The notes under the pieces were generated by a model. It saw only the letters and a list, made by a program, of their open reading frames with translations. It searched no databases and was not told the origin of the DNA. The translations under genes and the position numbers were made by a program. This document shows, one piece after another, positions 48,258 through 58,294 of a stretch of 64,000 bases of DNA (within the stretch, counting starts at the first letter, position 1; each line of letters opens with the position of its first letter). The stretch is from positions 32,001 to 96,000 of the forward strand of contig JAVJQW010000003.1 in NCBI GenBank assembly GCA_040218735.1, written 5' to 3'. This DNA is from Deltaproteobacteria bacterium (lineage in GTDB: Bacteria; Myxococcota; Kuafuiibacteriia; Kuafuiibacteriales; Kuafuiibacteriaceae).

Positions 48258-49088
48258 CTACGGATCGATGCGCACGTTGTCGATCAATCGCGTCGCCCCG
48301 ACGCGCGCCGCGACGAGCATCACCGTCGGCCCCGAGGCGTCTTCGACCTCCGCGAGCGTCGTCGCGTCGCGCAGCTCGAGGTATTCGGGGTCGACGCCGG
48401 CCTCCGTCAGGATCGTCCGGGCCGTGGCGAGGAGGGTGGGTTTGTCGGCGGTCTCGCGCCGATGGTCGCGAGCGGCGAACAGGGCGCGGTGGAGCGCGAG
48501 GGCGCGGTGGTGCTCGTCGGCGGACAGGTAACGGTTGCGGGAGGACATCGCGAGGCCGTCCGGCTCGCGGACGATCGGGCCGCCGACGATCTCCACGTCG
48601 AGGAACAGGTCGCGCGCCATGGTCCGGATGGTGGCGAGCTGCTGGTAGTCCTTCTCGCCGAACACCGCGACGTCGGGACGGACGATCTCGAACAGACACA
48701 GGACGATGGTCGTGACCCCGTCGAAGTGGCCGGGGCGGTGGGCGCCGCAGAGCCCCTCGGTCACGTGGTCGACGCGGACGAGCGTCGAGAAGCCGGGCGG
48801 GTAGACGACGTCGGCGGTCGGCGCGAAGACCAGGTCGCAGCCGCGTTCGGCGAGGAGCTTCGCGTCGCCTTCGAGGTCGCGGGGGTAGCGGTCGAGGTCT
48901 TCGTTCGGCCCGAACTGTTTCGGGTTCACGAAGATCGACGCGACGACGAAGTCGCTCCGCTGCTTGGCCTCGTCGACCAGCGAGAGGTGCCCGGCATGGA
49001 GCGCGCCCATCGTGGGGACGAATCCGATGCGACCTTCTTGCGCGCGCAGGCGGCGTTTGAGCGCGTGGGGATCGGCGATGATGTCCAT
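48258..49088 (-). CDS. panC: Pantoate-beta-alanine ligase
   Basis: GFVPTMGALHAGHLSL, SIFVNPKQF, RPGHFDGV, FGEKDYQQ, GLAMSSRN, TRLIDN. Confidence 0.96.
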   Translation of the reverse strand: MDIIADPHALKRRLRAQEGRIGFVPTMGALHAGHLSLVDEAKQRSDFVVASIFVNPKQFGPNEDLDRYPRDLEGDAKLLAERGCDLVFAPTADVVYPPGFSTLVRVDHVTEGLCGAHRPGHFDGVTTIVLCLFEIVRPDVAVFGEKDYQQLATIRTMARDLFLDVEIVGGPIVREPDGLAMSSRNRYLSADEHHRALALHRALFAARDHRRETADKPTLLATARTILTEAGVDPEYLELRDATTLAEVEDASGPTVMLVAARVGATRLIDNVRIDP

Positions 49089-49157
49089 CGGCGCGTCGAA
49101 TCTGTCATGAGCGACGAGCGACGTCATCACGGGGGCGAGTTGGTTCACAATGGCGCC

Positions 49158-50318
49158 GTGCGGCCCCTCGCTTTGCTCCTGTTGCTGCTCCCGGGCTCCG
49201 CGTTTGCGCAGGAGCTGTTGGTGAACCCCGGGTTCGAGACCGTCGAACCGATCTGCGGCTACCCCGGCGCGACCGGGGACTGGGGTGTGGACGGCGCCTC
49301 CGTCGTGACCGCGGAGGCGGGCGTCACGCCGGTCGAGGGTGCGCGCATGACGCGGCTCGAGTTCCCGTTCTTCAGCGGCGCGGGCGCGGCGTGCGTCGGG
49401 GTGGCGTCCGGGGGATCGGTCGACGTCGCGCAGCTGGTCGGCGTCGCGAACTGTCACCCGGCGGGGAACGACGCACGGCTGCGTCTGACCGCGGCGTTTG
49501 CGCGGAGCACGACGGGCGGCGTGGACGAGTTCGCCTGCACCCTACGCGCGTACGCGGGCGCGGCGTCGTCGTTCGCGAACGCGACACCGCTCGCGACGCA
49601 GACCTCGACGCGAGCGCCGGTTGCGGCCGGAACCTGGGTGACGTGCACGACCGAGCTGACGCTGCCGCCGTCGGCGACGTACGTCGCGGCGTACCTGAGC
49701 GGACGCGTCGCCGCGGGGTCACGCGAGGTGTACGTCGACGACGTCTCGGTGACCGTGGTCGCGGAGCGCTGCGGCTTCGACTGCACGGCGGCGGGGGCGA
49801 TGTGCCCGGATCCCGCGTCGCCGCCCAACGCGACGACGTGTGACCTTTCGTCGGGCCTTTGCGTCCCGCCCCTCACGCTGGACGCCGGAGTGCCCGACGC
49901 GGGCTCGCTGCCGCGGGACGGCGGCGGGGCTCGGGACGGCGGCGAGCGCGACGCCAGTGAACGGGACGGCGGCGAACGGGACGCCGGCGAACGGGACGGA
50001 GGCGATCGCGATGCCGGCGATCGCGATGCCGGTCGTCCGGACGGCGGCGAGGGCGACGCCGGCGCCATGCGTGACGGCGGGGGCGACGACGCGGGCGCCG
50101 GGCGCGACGCGGGCGTGACCGACGCGGGCGCCGCGCGCGACGCAGGCGCGAGGGACGCCGGCCGGGCCGCTTCGCCGCGCGACGCCGGCTCTCCCACGCT
50201 CGAGACCGAAGACGAAGGCTGTCGCTGCTCGGCGAGGACGGCGCGCGGTGGTTCGAGCTCGCTGGCGTGGTGGGTCTTGCTCGTCTCGATCGGGTTCGGC
50301 CGACGCCGACGCGGGTAG
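49158..50318 (+). CDS. Secreted MYXO-CTERM protein with a CBM-like domain and an RDAG-repeat linker
   Basis: Signal VRPLALLLLLLPGSAFA-Q; LLVNPGFE...YVDDVSV; RDGG/RDAG repeats; GCRC...WWVLLVSIGFGRRRRG. Confidence 0.8.
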   Translation: MRPLALLLLLLPGSAFAQELLVNPGFETVEPICGYPGATGDWGVDGASVVTAEAGVTPVEGARMTRLEFPFFSGAGAACVGVASGGSVDVAQLVGVANCHPAGNDARLRLTAAFARSTTGGVDEFACTLRAYAGAASSFANATPLATQTSTRAPVAAGTWVTCTTELTLPPSATYVAAYLSGRVAAGSREVYVDDVSVTVVAERCGFDCTAAGAMCPDPASPPNATTCDLSSGLCVPPLTLDAGVPDAGSLPRDGGGARDGGERDASERDGGERDAGERDGGDRDAGDRDAGRPDGGEGDAGAMRDGGGDDAGAGRDAGVTDAGAARDAGARDAGRAASPRDAGSPTLETEDEGCRCSARTARGGSSSLAWWVLLVSIGFGRRRRG

Positions 50319-50502
50319 CCGGTGGGTGTTGACGGTCGGCGCCGCTCGTCGGCGCTGCGCGGTCCGGGACAATGGGCCCACCCCGCGGAGGTGTTCGGCC
50401 TCCGTGGCACCGTCGGTGGAAGCACCATCGGTTGGTTGGGGCGGCCGGATCGAGCGTAGTTTTCTCCCCAATTCGAGCCGCGATCGGTAAGGGATAGTCA
50501 TC

Positions 50503-51969
50503 GTGCGACCTCACCGTACCTCGCCGGGTTGGTGGGCCCGGTTCGTCGCGTTCGTCGCGCGCCCGTGGACGGGCGGACGCACGCGGCGGCTCGCGACGCT
50601 GCGCATGCGCGCGGAGGCGGCGGGCGAGGACGCGCGGGAGCTCGTACGCACGGCGGATGCGTTCCGCGAGGAAGAGGAGCTGGAGCTCGCGGCGCGCACG
50701 TTCTGGCGCGCCGTGCATGTGCACCGGCGCCGAGACGAGCACACCAAGGCGCTCGCCGTGTTGAAGCGCGTCGTCGCGCTGTCCCCGAACGAACCTTCGG
50801 CGCGCACGGCGATCGGTGAGTGCCTCGAACGCCTGGAGCGACGAGCCGAAGCCGCCGATCACTTCCGCCACGCCGCGCGCCTCGCCGCCCACGCACAGCG
50901 ACCGAACGCCGCAAAGCAGCTCGACGCGCGCGCCGATCGCCTCTGTCCGCGCGGCCCCCGCAAGCTCCCCCGCGGCGCGTCCGTCCTCGCGGAGGACCTC
51001 CGGCTCCCGAGCGCGGCGCAACCCAGCCTGCGCAACGAACCCGCGCCGCAACCCAGCCTGCGCGACGACCGCGCCCCCGCGGCGCAACCCGGATCGCGTG
51101 CCCCCGCGGCGCAACCCAGCCTGCGCGACGACCGCGCCCCCGCGGCGCAACCCGGCTCGCGTGCCCCCGCGGTGCAACCCAGCCTGCGCGACAATCGCGA
51201 CGGCCGCGCCCCCGTGGCGCAACCCAGCTCGCGTGCCCCCGCGCTGCAACCCAGCCTGCGCGACAATCGCGACGGCCGCGCCCCCGCGGCGCAACCCAGC
51301 TCGCGTGAACCCGCGGCGCAACCCAGCCTGCGCGACGACCGCAACCACCGCGCATCCGCGGCGCAACCCAACCTGCGCGACGACCACGACCAACGCGCCG
51401 CCGCGGCGCAGCCCGGTCGCGACGGCCGCGACGGCCGCGACGCCCCGCTGCGGAGCGCGCCGGAGGCTCCGCCGTCGCCCCGAGCCCCGGTCGTGCGTAC
51501 GTCCGATATCATCGCGCCCGGGACGCCGCCGCCCGCGCCGAGGCGTGTCGTCGCCGCGACGCATGACGCCAACGCGCCCGAGCTCCCGGAGGTCTCGCGG
51601 TGGCCGTCGGTACCCCGCCCGCGGGCTGCGACGCCGCGTCTGGAGTACACCGCGCCCGAACCCGATCCGGTGGTCGCGCGACCACGGCGGCGCGCGGAGG
51701 CGCTCTTCCGGTCCGAAGAGACCGCGCCCGTCCACGGCACCGGGACCGAGCTCGCGCTCGACGCCGAGGCGCTGCTCCTCGACGACGATCCCGCGGAAGC
51801 CGCCACCGCCAAGGCGGCGCCGCGATCTCCGCTCGACGCCGTCCAGGCGCCGGTGGTGTTCGACGCCCCGACGACGAACTACGCGCCGATGATGCTCGAG
51901 GACCTGCTGCAGTCGGAGGAGGAGACGGTCACGACCGCTCCGATCGACCCGCTGCGCTGCGCGTCGTAG
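50503..51969 (+). CDS. TPR-containing protein with a long Pro/Ala/Arg-rich repeat region
   Basis: TPR-like KALAVLKRVVALSPNEPSARTAIGECLERLERRAEAADHF; AAQPSLRDDR repeats; acidic tail. Confidence 0.65.
   Translation: MRPHRTSPGWWARFVAFVARPWTGGRTRRLATLRMRAEAAGEDARELVRTADAFREEEELELAARTFWRAVHVHRRRDEHTKALAVLKRVVALSPNEPSARTAIGECLERLERRAEAADHFRHAARLAAHAQRPNAAKQLDARADRLCPRGPRKLPRGASVLAEDLRLPSAAQPSLRNEPAPQPSLRDDRAPAAQPGSRAPAAQPSLRDDRAPAAQPGSRAPAVQPSLRDNRDGRAPVAQPSSRAPALQPSLRDNRDGRAPAAQPSSREPAAQPSLRDDRNHRASAAQPNLRDDHDQRAAAAQPGRDGRDGRDAPLRSAPEAPPSPRAPVVRTSDIIAPGTPPPAPRRVVAATHDANAPELPEVSRWPSVPRPRAATPRLEYTAPEPDPVVARPRRRAEALFRSEETAPVHGTGTELALDAEALLLDDDPAEAATAKAAPRSPLDAVQAPVVFDAPTTNYAPMMLEDLLQSEEETVTTAPIDPLRCAS
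51012..51440 (+). repeat. Intragenic tandem repeat, about 12 'xxQP(S/G)' units
   Basis: Recurrent gcgcaacccagcctgcgcgac / gcaacccggctcgcgtgccccc; all unit lengths are multiples of 3. Confidence 0.8.
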
Positions 51970-51973
51970 ACGG

Positions 51974-53740
51974 TCAGTCGTAGCGGAAGGCGTCGGCGAG
52001 GAAGGCCATCGGCGCGATATCGCGAGGCCCGAGGCGGCGATGCCTCCGGAGCGCGCGACGCGCCGCCGACGCGAGTTTGTCCTTGGCCTCGGGGTCCTCC
52101 GCGACGGTGCGTAGACACGAGCGCGCGCGTGGGTGTTCACCGCGGTCGGCGAGGAGACGTCCGAGCACGTACGTCGCGACGAGGCGCCGTCGGGTGTCGC
52201 GACGCTGGTCGCGGGCCGCCTCGAGCGCCGACTCCGCGAGTTCGCGGCGATCCGCGCGCACGGCGACGATCCCGAGGACGAGCGCGATGGATGGGTCGTC
52301 GTCGAGCTCACGCGCGCGGAGGAGCGCTTCGATCGCGCGCGTCGTGTCGTCGTCATAGTCGATCGCGGTCTTGGCCTCGATGAACGCGAGCTCGGCCTCC
52401 GAGGTACACGATCCGGGCGCGACGACGCCGAGATCTTCGAAGGCATCGGCGTCGAAGGCGTCGACGGTGGGCAGCGCGACGTAGTCGCTCGTGGAGACCG
52501 GTGCACGTCCGTTCGCGACGTAGACGCGCTTCTGCTCCGGCCTCCACACCGAGCTGGAGACGGTGATGGACGCGGCGATCGTGTTGGGTGCGATGCGCCG
52601 CTCGCCAGAGTACGGGTCGACCTTGTCGCCGAGGATCCGCATCGCGCCAAGCTCGTCGATCGGGCCGCCATCGAGGAGCGACTGCACGCGTATCATTCGC
52701 GCGCGGGTGTCTTCGTCTACGCTCGCATTCACCGCCAGGTTGCACGCGCGCATCCTCGGCGTTCGCCAATGATTGGTGGTGACGTGCGTGTCGCCGACAG
52801 CGTCGAGGCGCGCCATACCGTTGGAGGACAGCTCGAACGTCGCGACCCGGCGCTCGGTCGTGCTCACCACGTGATAGCTCCAACCGGCGGCGGGCTTGGA
52901 GTCGGCGAGGATCGACTCCGCCTCGTCGAAGGTACGCGCGGTGCGGAGGATGTGCTGCCCGACGAGGAACACCGGGAGTCGCGCGCTCGCGACGCGCTCG
53001 GTCGGGACGGTGTGAATCGCGAGATAGAGCCCCGACGCGTTGAAGCCACACACGCCTCCGTTGTGAAAGCCCGCGGACGTCACGGTCATGAAGCGCTGAC
53101 CGCCGTCGGTCGGCGTCTGGTAGACGACGGTCGGGTGACGATCGAAGAATCCATTGAGTGGATAGTCGGTGTTGCGCCCGATGATCATGTCGCCGCCCGA
53201 CGTCGCATCCCCCCACGCCGCAAACGACGTGCATTGCGACGGCGCAGCCCCCACTGCGAGCCGCGAGAAGCGACCGAGGAGCACCTGCGCCGTCTCGGGT
53301 GCGAGCGCGGCGTCCACGATCGTCTGCACGTCGATCCCCGTGGCGTCCGCCAGCCCGTGGGCCTCCGCGAGCGCTTCCTGATCCGGGCGCAGCCGCCGCG
53401 CGTGCCGAACGCCGGTGCGCAGGATCCGTCGCGCGATGCGCTTCATCGCGTACCACTTCACGGCCGCCCCGAGCGGGCCGTTGCCGACGCTCACCTCGAT
53501 GGCGTCGGTGGCGATCCGGCTCGCGCGCTCGAGTGATCCGTCGGCGATCTCCTCCGCGAGGAGGCGCCCGTGCTGATACGCCATCGCGTAGCGATCGCCG
53601 GTGAGGTGGAGGATCCACAGGCCGTGGTGATGCTTCGCCCACGCGGGACCGAAGCGCCGCGTGCCGTCGGCGTCGACGGTGCGCTCCGTGTCGGTGAACG
53701 CGGGGGCGGGGGCGCGGCGGGCGAAGAGGAACGGGAGCAT
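51974..53740 (-). CDS. C45-family Ntn-hydrolase (peptidase/acyltransferase) with a C-terminal TPR-like region
   Basis: YAMAYQHGRLL, nucleophile Q-CTSFAAWG, IIGRNTDY, CGFNASGL, TTNHW. Confidence 0.82.
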   Translation of the reverse strand: MLPFLFARRAPAPAFTDTERTVDADGTRRFGPAWAKHHHGLWILHLTGDRYAMAYQHGRLLAEEIADGSLERASRIATDAIEVSVGNGPLGAAVKWYAMKRIARRILRTGVRHARRLRPDQEALAEAHGLADATGIDVQTIVDAALAPETAQVLLGRFSRLAVGAAPSQCTSFAAWGDATSGGDMIIGRNTDYPLNGFFDRHPTVVYQTPTDGGQRFMTVTSAGFHNGGVCGFNASGLYLAIHTVPTERVASARLPVFLVGQHILRTARTFDEAESILADSKPAAGWSYHVVSTTERRVATFELSSNGMARLDAVGDTHVTTNHWRTPRMRACNLAVNASVDEDTRARMIRVQSLLDGGPIDELGAMRILGDKVDPYSGERRIAPNTIAASITVSSSVWRPEQKRVYVANGRAPVSTSDYVALPTVDAFDADAFEDLGVVAPGSCTSEAELAFIEAKTAIDYDDDTTRAIEALLRARELDDDPSIALVLGIVAVRADRRELAESALEAARDQRRDTRRRLVATYVLGRLLADRGEHPRARSCLRTVAEDPEAKDKLASAARRALRRHRRLGPRDIAPMAFLADAFRYD

Positions 53741-53855
53741 CGCGTTCGAGCGAAGCGGCCCGGGGCACGCGCGGTCAAAGGGTGGACGTCCGCGACCCGA
53801 CGGACTCGGGGTTCAAAGGCCGCACGGGGACCGAGACCCGAACGCCACGCCGGCA

Positions 53856-54018
53856 CGAGGTCGCCGGAGGCGCCGCCGAGCGACGACGACCCGACGCGTC
53901 GGGACGAGGTCGCCGAAGGCGCCGCCGAGCGACGACGACCCGACGCGTCGCTGCGAGGTCACCGGAGGCGCCGCCGAGCGACGACGGCCCGACGCGTCGC
54001 TGCGAGGTCAGCGGAGGC
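53856..54018. repeat. Intergenic 49-bp tandem repeat (3 full copies + partial)
   Basis: Units start at 53856, 53905, 53954, 54003: cgaggtcgccggaggcgccgccgagcgacgacgacccgacgcgtcg(gga/ctg); each holds the palindrome cgacgcgtcg. Confidence 0.85.
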
Positions 54019-54082
54019 TCCGCCCGTGCGCCGACGTCGGCGCGAGGCTCCGATTCGCTTCGAGGCGCGCGGGCGCCCGGCC

Positions 54083-56071
54083 TCAGAGCCGGAACGCGCG
54101 CACTACGATCACCGCCGCCTGCGCGCGCGTGAGCGCGTCGGCCGGGCAGTACCGCCCCGTCGCGCAGCCGCGCACGTCGTTGCGCGCCGCGAGGCGCTCG
54201 ATCGCCTTGGATGCCCAGTGCGACAGCGGCACGTCGCTGAACGTCGGCGACGACGGCACGCGATCCGCCAACCCCAACGCCCGCCGCACGAACACCGCGC
54301 CGGCGGCGCGCGACACGCCGTCCTCGGGGCAGAAACGTCCGCTCGCGCACCCCTGCATGACCCCTCGCGAGGCGACCTCTTCGACCTCCGCGAAGCCCCA
54401 GTGCCCACGCCCCACATCGTTGAACGACGCGGACGACGGCGCGCTGAAGCTCATCCCGTCCACGCGAGCGATCGCGTACGCGAGCTCCGCCCGCGTGATG
54501 GGTTGGTTCGGGCAGAACTGTCCGGGCGCGCACCCCCACAGCGCGCCGAGCGCACGCAGCTTCTCGGCCGCGCCGTGCCCGAAGGTCCCGGCCGGGAGGT
54601 CGCTGTAGGAACCGGCCGGCGGCGCGGCGCACTGGTCGGGCGTACCCTGCGGCATCGACTGACAGCCGTTCGCGCAGCGGGTGCGGCTCCGTTCGTTGTT
54701 GTTCGCGCAGACCACGAGGTCGTTGCCGTCGCACCAGGTGCCGGCGTGGGTGTCGCAGAACGACGGCGCCGGCGCGCAACGGTCCGGGGTGCCCTGCGGC
54801 ATCGACTGGCACCCGTGGGTGCAGCGCGTGCGGCTCACCGTCGCGCCCGCGTTGCAGACGACGCGGTCGTTGCCGTCGCACCACGTCCCGGTCTTGCCCG
54901 CGCAGAACGACGGCGGCGCGTGGCAACGATCGGGCGTTCCGCTCGGCATCGATCGACACCCGTGCGCGCAGCGGTTCCGGCTGACCTGGGAGCCGTTGCG
55001 GCAGACGACGAGGTCGTTGCCATCGCACCACGTCCCGCCGTGCGTCGCGCAGAACCCACCGCCGCCGCCGGGGTTCGAGCCACGCGCTATCGCGATGAGG
55101 TCGGAGAGGCGAGCGTACAGCGCACCGCCCGGGCAGGCGGTGCTGCCGAGCTGTCGGTGCCCCTTCACGTACGTGCGGTTGAGCGTAATGCCGTACTCCC
55201 GCGAGAGCGACTTCAGGATGCGACCACCCGCCGCGAACATCGCGTTGCTCGGCGCGCGCGACGTGAACGTTCCGATGTAGCTCACGCCCGCGTTGTTCGT
55301 GTTGTGCCCACCGACGTGCGCACCGATGAGGCGCTCCGGTCGCCCCTGATAGACGCGGCCGTCCTGTCCGACGAGGAAGTGGTACCCCACGTCGCACCAG
55401 CCTCGAGAGTTCATGTGGAACGACTGGATCTGCCGGACGCGCGCGGCCTGCGACATGCTGTCGTTGTTCGGCGTGACGGTGTGGTGGACGGTGATGCGGT
55501 TGGGGCGGTGGCCACCGCTGCAGCGCGACGCGCGCGCGCCCCACGCTGAGCGCGACACCGCAACCCCGGTTGACGCGAGCCCGCTCGCGGACGTCCCGAT
55601 CTCTTCGACTTCCTCGACCGGCTGCGGATCGAAGTGGAACGCTTCCACCGCGAGGAACGACAGGTCGAGGACCTCGGAGGTCGAGAAGCGGAGCTGCACG
55701 TGGGTGCCGCCCTCGCGGACGTCGACGTGCGCGTTCTTCGCGCGCTCCTCTGAGAACGTGATCTCGGCGTCGAGCCACGCGCCGAACGTCTCCCCGCCGT
55801 CGTTCGAGACGCGCGCCTGGGCGAGCACGGCGCCGGTCGCGTCGAAACGGAACGCAATGCGATCGAACTCGACGTCGAGCGGGATGGCGTCGGTGCGTTG
55901 CCAGCCGTCTTCGACGACGAGGCGGCTCGCGAGCTCTTCGTCCTGGGCGACGAACGCCACCTCCGGCTCGTCGATCGCCTCGGCCGGGTGCAGAAGGTCG
56001 GCGTCGGCGCAGGCCACGACGAGTGTCGAAAGCGCGGCGAGGTGGAACGGACGGAGGCGTACGGCGGACAT
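54083..56071 (-). CDS. N-acetylmuramoyl-L-alanine amidase (Amidase_2/PGRP-like) lipoprotein with 3 Cys-rich repeats and SLH domains
   Basis: LVVA-C; ITVHHT, HMNSRGWCDVGYHFLV, GAHVGGHN, GHRQLGSTACPG; 3x FC...TWCDGND.VVC...C..GC.SMP.GTPD.C; SLH motifs FCPNQPITRAE, FNDV..HW, YCPADALTRAQ. Confidence 0.88.
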   Translation of the reverse strand: MSAVRLRPFHLAALSTLVVACADADLLHPAEAIDEPEVAFVAQDEELASRLVVEDGWQRTDAIPLDVEFDRIAFRFDATGAVLAQARVSNDGGETFGAWLDAEITFSEERAKNAHVDVREGGTHVQLRFSTSEVLDLSFLAVEAFHFDPQPVEEVEEIGTSASGLASTGVAVSRSAWGARASRCSGGHRPNRITVHHTVTPNNDSMSQAARVRQIQSFHMNSRGWCDVGYHFLVGQDGRVYQGRPERLIGAHVGGHNTNNAGVSYIGTFTSRAPSNAMFAAGGRILKSLSREYGITLNRTYVKGHRQLGSTACPGGALYARLSDLIAIARGSNPGGGGGFCATHGGTWCDGNDLVVCRNGSQVSRNRCAHGCRSMPSGTPDRCHAPPSFCAGKTGTWCDGNDRVVCNAGATVSRTRCTHGCQSMPQGTPDRCAPAPSFCDTHAGTWCDGNDLVVCANNNERSRTRCANGCQSMPQGTPDQCAAPPAGSYSDLPAGTFGHGAAEKLRALGALWGCAPGQFCPNQPITRAELAYAIARVDGMSFSAPSSASFNDVGRGHWGFAEVEEVASRGVMQGCASGRFCPEDGVSRAAGAVFVRRALGLADRVPSSPTFSDVPLSHWASKAIERLAARNDVRGCATGRYCPADALTRAQAAVIVVRAFRL

Positions 56072-56216
56072 GGATCTCGAAATACGTCCGGACCCGCGGT
56101 ACACGCAATCGCACAAGGCGAGTCATTTCACAGACTTGTGGCTATCGGGTTACAGGTGTGGATCGCGGGGTTACGGGTTGGGTGACGGACCTGCGCCACT
56201 TCGTACACTAAGAGAC

Positions 56217-57023
56217 GTGCGTTACCCGGTCGTCTTCACGTCATCGCTGCTCGTCGCCGGGTGCGTCGCGGGTACGGAGTCGCTCGAATGTACGACCGAC
56301 TTCGAGTGCGGACCGAACCGGCTCTGCGTCGAGCGAACATGCTCGGAGCCTCAGGACGGCGGCGTTTCCGCACCGACCGACGCGGGGACGAACGTTCCCA
56401 ACGACGCGGGCCCGAACGTCCCCGATGACGGCGGGACGATCACACCACCCGACGCGAGCGTCCCGCCCTACGACGGCGGGACCCCGGGGCCCTTTCCGTT
56501 CCCGCAGCCACCGCCGCACCCGGAGTGCACGATGGAGGGCCCGGTGCCGTGTACGTGTGAGGACGGGGACGACGGAACACAGCAATGCCGAAGTGACGGG
56601 ACCTTCGGCCGCTGCATCTGCGACGACGGCGAACGCTCGCGACTCGAACGCTTGCGCGGCGGCATCGTGGGCCTCTGGGGAGGGACGCGCACGTCGGTCT
56701 GGGATCAGACGAAGCCGGTGTACGTGCTGTTCCTCGAAGACGGAACCTACGGCGCGCAGTGCAACGACGCTTGCACCGCGTTCTACTGGGGCACGGATGG
56801 CCCGCCGACGCCGGCGCGCTACTACTACCTCTACGACGTCACGGCCGACGACACCGGGCGCGGCGACCTCGACCTCGTGTGGCGCAACGACGATCCGCGC
56901 GGGCAGCGCTACGCGTTGGAGCGCATCGAGCTGTCCGAGGACGAGGAGAGCCTGCGGTTCGAGTTCCGGCGGCCGGACAACAACAACCCGCTGCACTTCG
57001 ACCTGCGCCGCGTCCCCCGCTGA
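56217..57023 (+). CDS. Hypothetical Cys-rich lipoprotein
   Basis: VRYPVVFTSSLLVAG-C; CTTDFECGPNRLCVERTC; DAG linker; CTCEDGDDGTQQC. Confidence 0.7.
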   Translation: MRYPVVFTSSLLVAGCVAGTESLECTTDFECGPNRLCVERTCSEPQDGGVSAPTDAGTNVPNDAGPNVPDDGGTITPPDASVPPYDGGTPGPFPFPQPPPHPECTMEGPVPCTCEDGDDGTQQCRSDGTFGRCICDDGERSRLERLRGGIVGLWGGTRTSVWDQTKPVYVLFLEDGTYGAQCNDACTAFYWGTDGPPTPARYYYLYDVTADDTGRGDLDLVWRNDDPRGQRYALERIELSEDEESLRFEFRRPDNNNPLHFDLRRVPR

Positions 57024-57091
57024 CCTGCACGCGGGCGCTGCGACCGCGATCACGCTTTGCATCGAGGGGCCGTCGCCGGGTCTGGATCCGC

Positions 57092-58270
57092 ATGCTCCCC
57101 CGCACGTTCGCCGTCCTCCCAGTGTTCGCTTTGGCGGCGTGCGGCGGGAGCGGTTGAAAGGGTGTGTCGAGCGGCTCGAAGCCGACGAAGCGGTCGACGC
57201 CCGACGCGGGCGTGACGACCGCGCACTCGGCGTCGCCGCTATCGGAGGACACGTTTGTCTTCGAGGTTCGGGTCGCCTCGGGTGCATCCGAGATCCATGC
57301 GTTCGACGTCGCGACATCGCAGCGCCGGAAGATCTTCACGGTGGCGGACACGACGACCTGGGACCTGACCGACCTGGCGTTGTCGCCGTCGCGGGACACG
57401 ATCGCGTTCAGCTCACACTTCGGCTACGACCCGATGCAGTTCCCGCTCGAGGACGGTCTGCCGACGCAGTCGATCTGGACGGTCGGCGTGGATGGCGCTT
57501 CACCTCGTCAGCTGATGGCGCCGCTCGCCGACGACCGCGGCGCGATCGAGTGCACGCACGACTCGACGTGTGAACCGTTGGGGATGAAGTGCTCCACGGT
57601 GTTGTCGCGCTGCCGTGACTTCGCGCGGACGCGGACGGTGTCGGAGCTCGTGTGGTCGCCGAACGGGGCGGAGGTCTGGTTCGTCTACGCCGACCACGAC
57701 TGGCAGGGGACGCAGCTTCGCGGCGGCACGACGCTCGGCCGCGTCGCGGCGACGGGCGGCGCGCCGGAGCTGTTCGCGGCGAACGGCGGCTGCGCCCAGG
57801 TCACGGGTCCGGCGCCCCACCCCGTCGACGGATCGCTCGTCGCGGTGCAGAGCGTGTGCACGCGGGGTGGCGCGCGCATGGTGCGGTTCGACTCGATGCC
57901 GCCGCGTGAGGGGACGGAGCTGTTCAGCGAAGCCGACGTGGAGTTCTCGCTCGACCTCTCCGACGTCGAGTGGGCGCGCGACGGCAGCGGCTTCATCTTC
58001 GGCGCGTGGGGCGGCGCGTTTGCGTCCGACGCCATCGTCTACCTCGAAGCGGCCACGGGGACGCTGTATCTCGCATTCGAGGCCGGCGTGGGCCGGTGGA
58101 TCGAGAGCCAGGACCTCGCGCCCGATTCGAAGCGCATGGTCGTATGCGTGGGCGAGACGGGCGCCGACGGCGAGGCGCGGCGGGACCTGTACCTCGTCGA
58201 CCTCACGGCGACGACGCCAAGCGCGACGCGGCTGACGACGGACGGGATCAGCTGCAACGCGAGCTGGTGA
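57092..58270 (+). pseudogene. TolB-like beta-propeller lipoprotein interrupted by an in-frame TGA at 57155-57157
   Basis: MLPRTFAVLPVFALAA-CGGSG*KGVSSG... continues in the same frame; blades LSPSRDTIAF, WSPNGAEVWF, WARDGSGFIF, LAPDSKRMVV. Confidence 0.65.
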
Positions 58271-58294
58271 GGTATCCCACAGGCTGCCTGGCCT

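Noticed and set aside
47772-48260. tmRNA (ssrA) near smpB
   Set aside because: No intergenic room and no recognisable tmRNA termini.
47835-49157. N-terminal half of the 827-aa plus-strand ORF
   Set aside because: Antisense to smpB and panC; the real gene begins at GTG 49158.
49890-50190. 15-bp-period RDAG/RDGG repeats as a special element
   Set aside because: Ordinary low-complexity DAG linker, also seen in the 13804 and 56217 proteins.
53856-54018. CRISPR array
   Set aside because: Units are contiguous with no unique spacers, and no cas genes are in the window.
57155-57157. Selenocysteine codon
   Set aside because: It lies in a Gly/Ser linker with no redox motif, and the downstream hairpin is too small to be a convincing SECIS.
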